Assembly: GCA_963845515.1 (NCBI GenBank)
Contig: CAWJSR010000057.1
Coordinates: forward strand, 160,001-224,000
Source: an uncultured delta proteobacterium
GTDB lineage: Bacteria; Myxococcota; Myxococcia; Myxococcales; Anaeromyxobacteraceae
Length of the DNA stretch: 64,000 nucleotides
Reading direction: 5' to 3'
Below, piece by piece: positions 60,679-64,000 of this stretch. The notes under the pieces were generated by a model. The model was not told the DNA's origin and searched no databases. It worked only from the letters and a program-made list of their open reading frames with translations. The translations under genes and the position numbers were made by a program. Positions within the stretch are counted from its first letter, which is position 1, and each line of letters begins with the position of its first letter.

Positions 60679-63600
60679 CACGCGCCTCCCTCGCCCTGCG
60701 GGTACGACGTGCTGGAGGTGGCGTCCTGCAGTGCGATCTCCTGCGTGGGCCGCGATCTCCATGGGCATCTGCCGGGCCGTGCTCGCGTTCTCGGGCTTGG
60801 GCTTGGACCCCGAGGGGCCTCGGTGACCCGGCTCGACGAGGGCTCGACCGGACCCTCGACCGTCGCCCGTCGACCCCTCGAACCTTCAGCTTCTCGACCT
60901 CGATGAGGCCCGACGAGGAACGGCTCGCCGCCCTGCCCGTGGCCGTCGTAGAGCAGCTCGTAGACGAAGCTCTGCCCGCGGCCGCCGCGGTGGACGAGGA
61001 CGTACTCCAGCGCCGACGAGGCGCTCCAGGTGGATCCGCAGCTGGTGTCGCCCCAGCCGGTGGCGTCCCGCACGTCGCGTCGGCTGAAGCGGTAGGCGCT
61101 CCGCTCGAGTCCTGGCGCTCGCGCAGCCGTCCGTCACCATCTCGTCGAGCAGGAGCGAGGAGCCGCCGCGTCTGCGGCGGCAGCTCGTCGAGGCTCCGGC
61201 CGAGGACCTCGTGCGGCGAGCCGGTTCGCGAGGGCGATGTCGTCGAGCGTCACCTCGACGTACTCGACCTGCTGCGCCGCCGTGCTCGACCGTCTTCACC
61301 GGCCGCTGGTACTGGTGGAGAAGCGCGATGGCGTCGGATGAGCGTCGAGGTACTTGACGTGGTCGCGCCGCGTCCGCGTCCGGTCGTCGAGGAAGGTCAG
61401 CTCGGGGGCGTAGGGGTTGTCGACGAGGAGCGGCCGGAGCAGCCGCTGGGCGTCGCGGTGGAGCTTCAGCGACCTGGCTTCCCGGTCGCGGCGCGCGAGG
61501 AGGCCGTCGAGCGTCTGCCGCTCGCCGCTGGAGCTGGTGGATGGCGCCGGGTCTGCTCGCGGTTCTCGTCGACCGTCAGGACGAGGCAGCGGTTGAGGAG
61601 CTCCTCGTCGATCTCGATGGCCGTCGTCGTCAGGAAGATCATCACCGGCCCTTCGACCCGGTACTCCTGCGTGACGAGCCGGCCCGTCTGCGGGTCCTTG
61701 CCGGTGCGAGGCGATCGACAGCTCGCCCTCGGACTGGAGGAGCTTCAGGGCGTAGCTCGCCTTCTCCGCGCCCTCCTCCTCGGCGATGGCGAGGATCTTG
61801 TGCTGGAGGTCCTGCCCTCGCCGATGTAGAAGAGCGACTGGCCCGTCAGGGCCGAGTACTTCTCCGGTCCTCCTCGGGCACGAAGGCGAGGACGGCCTCC
61901 ATGAGCGCCGACTTCCCGGCCGCGCGAGCTGACTGGACGATGACGGCCAGCGGCTTGTCGAGCTTCCGCGAGACGGCCGCGAGGTAGGCCGATGAGCTTG
62001 TTGGTGTCCTCGCCCACGAGGCCGCACGCTCTCGAAGTCGTCGAGGATGCGGTCGAGGAGGCTGGGGGTCGCGCAGGAGGTCGAGCGCGGCATCCCGGTC
62101 GGCGTCGGAGAACGCGACGGCCTTCTCGCTTCGGCTCCAGCGTCTTCCGGATCTGCTCCTCCTGGAGCTCCTCCAGCTTGAGCAGGACCTGGCCGAGGTC
62201 GCGCTTGATCGTCTCGTCGCTCAGGCCCAGCTCCGTGCGCGGCCTGCTTCTCGAAGGCGGCGCGCTGCCGGGCCGAGTAGAGGTCGAGGGTGTCGACGTG
62301 GAAGGTGGGGCCCATCCCTGGCGGCTCGGGGTCGAGCGTCACGAGCAGGTTCACGCGCAAGGCGTCGTAGCTCATGTTCCGTCCGAGCCCTCGCACCCGG
62401 TAGCGCCGCTCTCCGAGCGGGATGATCACCTCCTCGTCCTTCACGTCGGCCGGCACGTCAGGAGTCGCCGGAGGAGGCGGATCGGGGGCTGACGCATCTC
62501 GGGGAGCGCGGGGAACATGGGCTCCTCGGTCGCGCTCACCGCGATCGTCCGGGGAGCGATCACGGGGAAGCGCGGGCTGCAGGCATCGGCACCGGCCGGA
62601 GGTCGAGGTCGGGGCTCTTCCCCTTGCCGATCCAGATGGCCTGGCGCAGTACCTGGCCGAGAGCCTTCTGGGGCGTCGGCGGAGGTGCGGGCGTAGTCGT
62701 TCGCGTCCATCCCGTTCGGGAACTGGACCCGGTAGCAGCCGAGCCCATGGGCGAGGAGCTTCGCCGCCACGGTGTCGGACGCCTTCTCTCCATCGCCGTC
62801 ACGCCGCCATGCGAGGAGCACGGTCTTCGTGCCGCCGGTCTTCAGGGCCGCGAGGAGGTCGTCGCCGATGCCCTCCGGGCCGATGGCCGCCGTGACGTTC
62901 CGGTAGCCCGCGCACCAGAAGGTGAGCGCGTCGATCAGGCTCTTCGCCAGGATGACCGCCTTCGCGCCGGTGAGCGCCTCGACGGTTCCAGACGCCGCGC
63001 ATCGGGCCGGGGAGGCAGAGGTGGAGGGGCGTCCCGGCACGCAGGTTGGGCGTCGTCTTCCTGCCGTAGAGCTGCACCACCTCGCCCAGCTCCCCGAAGA
63101 TCGGGATGACGAGGGATCCGGAGAGGTGCTCGTGGCCGGTCTCCCGGTAGATGCCGATCTTCGTGAGCCGGCCGCGCAGGTCGGCACCCAGCTTCCGGTT
63201 CTTCGCCGGAAGCCGCAGCCCGAGCGTCCGGTTGGCGTAGCCGAGCCGGAAGCGGTCCACCGCCTCGCGGGAGCCGATGCCGCGCTCCGTGAGGTACGCC
63301 AGCGCCTCGGGGCTCTGCTTCAAGGTCGAGTGGTAGTAGTCCACCACCTGGCGGAGCAGCTCCCGGTCGTCGGCGTCGGTGGTCACCGGGGCGGAGAGCT
63401 TCCTCACCGTCGTCCCCTTCAGCGTTCCGGCCGTCTCGATCCCCTTGAGCGGGTTCCCGTCGGCCAGCAGCTCCACGGCGTGGCGGCGGCTGACACCCTG
63501 CGCCTTCATCACCCACTCCACGGCCGAGCCTCCGGCGTCGCAGGCGTCGCACCGCCACGAGTTGGCGTTCGGGCGGATGACGAGAGAGGTGCCGGTGTCG

Positions 63601-63731
63601 CCGTGGAACGGGCAGGCCGCTACCAGCTCTGCGCCCTGGCGGGTGAGCTTCACCCCCATCGCCTCGGCCAGCCGCTCCACGCTCATCTCGGTGGCGATGA
63701 TGTTGCTCGTCGGCTTCTTCTTCCGGGTCAT
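60678..63731 (-). CDS. CHC2 zinc finger/Toprim primase fused to P-loop ATPase (~1000 aa), several frameshifts
   Basis: CPFH...[41 protein letters not shown] Walker [39 protein letters not shown] coupling to the recombinase. Confidence 0.85.
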
Positions 63732-63849
63732 CGGTCACACGGTCCTCTCTCCTCCCGGCCGTGCGGCCGGAGGTCCTGGGGTTGACGGCTAAGGAAACGG
63801 GGGCGAGGCGGACGCCGGCCCCCGGTGCCGCTCGCGCTCAGGCCGGACA

Positions 63850-64000
63850 GGGCAGCTCGTGCCCCAGCCCGTGCGCTCGACGCTTGCACGGCTTCTTCGT
63901 GATGGTGACGCCGGCCCGGTGGGCCAGTTCGCCGCCGAGCCGCTTCAACCTGGCGAAGACGGCCGAGATGGACGAGTCCATCGCCTCGGCGGTCTCCTGA
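63850..64000 (-). CDS. Partial HTH/sigma region-4-like protein at the right edge
   Basis: Minus frame QETAEAMDSSISAVFARLKRLGG; end uncertain. Confidence 0.35.

Larger units (their letters stand above)
59374..64000 (-). mobile_element. Primase-ATPase plus tyrosine recombinase integrative element abutting an Rhs core; extends beyond the window
   Basis: Coupled primase and recombinase genes; Rhs homology starts abruptly at 59373 next to the CATCAG-N5-CTGATG palindrome. Confidence 0.7.

Noticed and set aside
58714..60768. 684-aa recombinase-Rhs fusion ORF
   Set aside because: Produced by the frameshift near 60395; the middle is off-frame recombinase sequence. Only 58714-59565 is treated as a plausible gene.
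60380..63000. Frameshifts in the recombinase and primase as programmed frameshifting or true pseudogenisation
   Set aside because: Similar single-base indels hit sppA, ybhB, a kinase and the ligase, their density rises toward the right end, and catalytic motifs are intact. Consensus error is likelier; reads are needed to decide.

Overview
GC-rich bacterial chromosome segment whose gene content and style suggest Myxococcota (Anaeromyxobacter-like); this taxonomy is inferred. Positions ~0.9-33.5 kb are mostly minus-strand housekeeping genes (HIT, sppA, rpsA, ispH, cmk, accA, miaA, hisS, psd, tsaE, nnr, acpS, pdxJ, glmM, folP, ftsH, tilS, mtaB, CCA-adding enzyme, tRNA-Arg), plus amtB and a candidate small RNA upstream of tilS. 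Positions 33.5-54.8 kb are accessory: a FabH-like enzyme; a duplicated hybrid-kinase/PilZ module whose two sigma54 promoters share tandem palindromic enhancer sites beside a sigma54 activator; a ~1550-aa acyl-CoA-ligase/GNAT fusion followed by homocitrate synthase and an EamA transporter; an MCP and a DTW protein. Positions 54.8-64 kb are a variable island: a DUF4258/MqsA-type toxin-antitoxin pair, a mosaic of gene scraps, two Rhs C-terminal toxin/immunity modules, and a primase-ATPase plus tyrosine-recombinase element. That element abuts the conserved Rhs core at a short palindrome and supplies an in-frame N-terminal leader to the toxin tip, making it the best candidate for a poorly described system. 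A VapBC-type pair at the left edge has a toxin missing from the ORF track. Several genes carry single-base frameshifts, densest near the right end, probably long-read consensus errors. All calls rest on motif recognition by eye; no searches were run.
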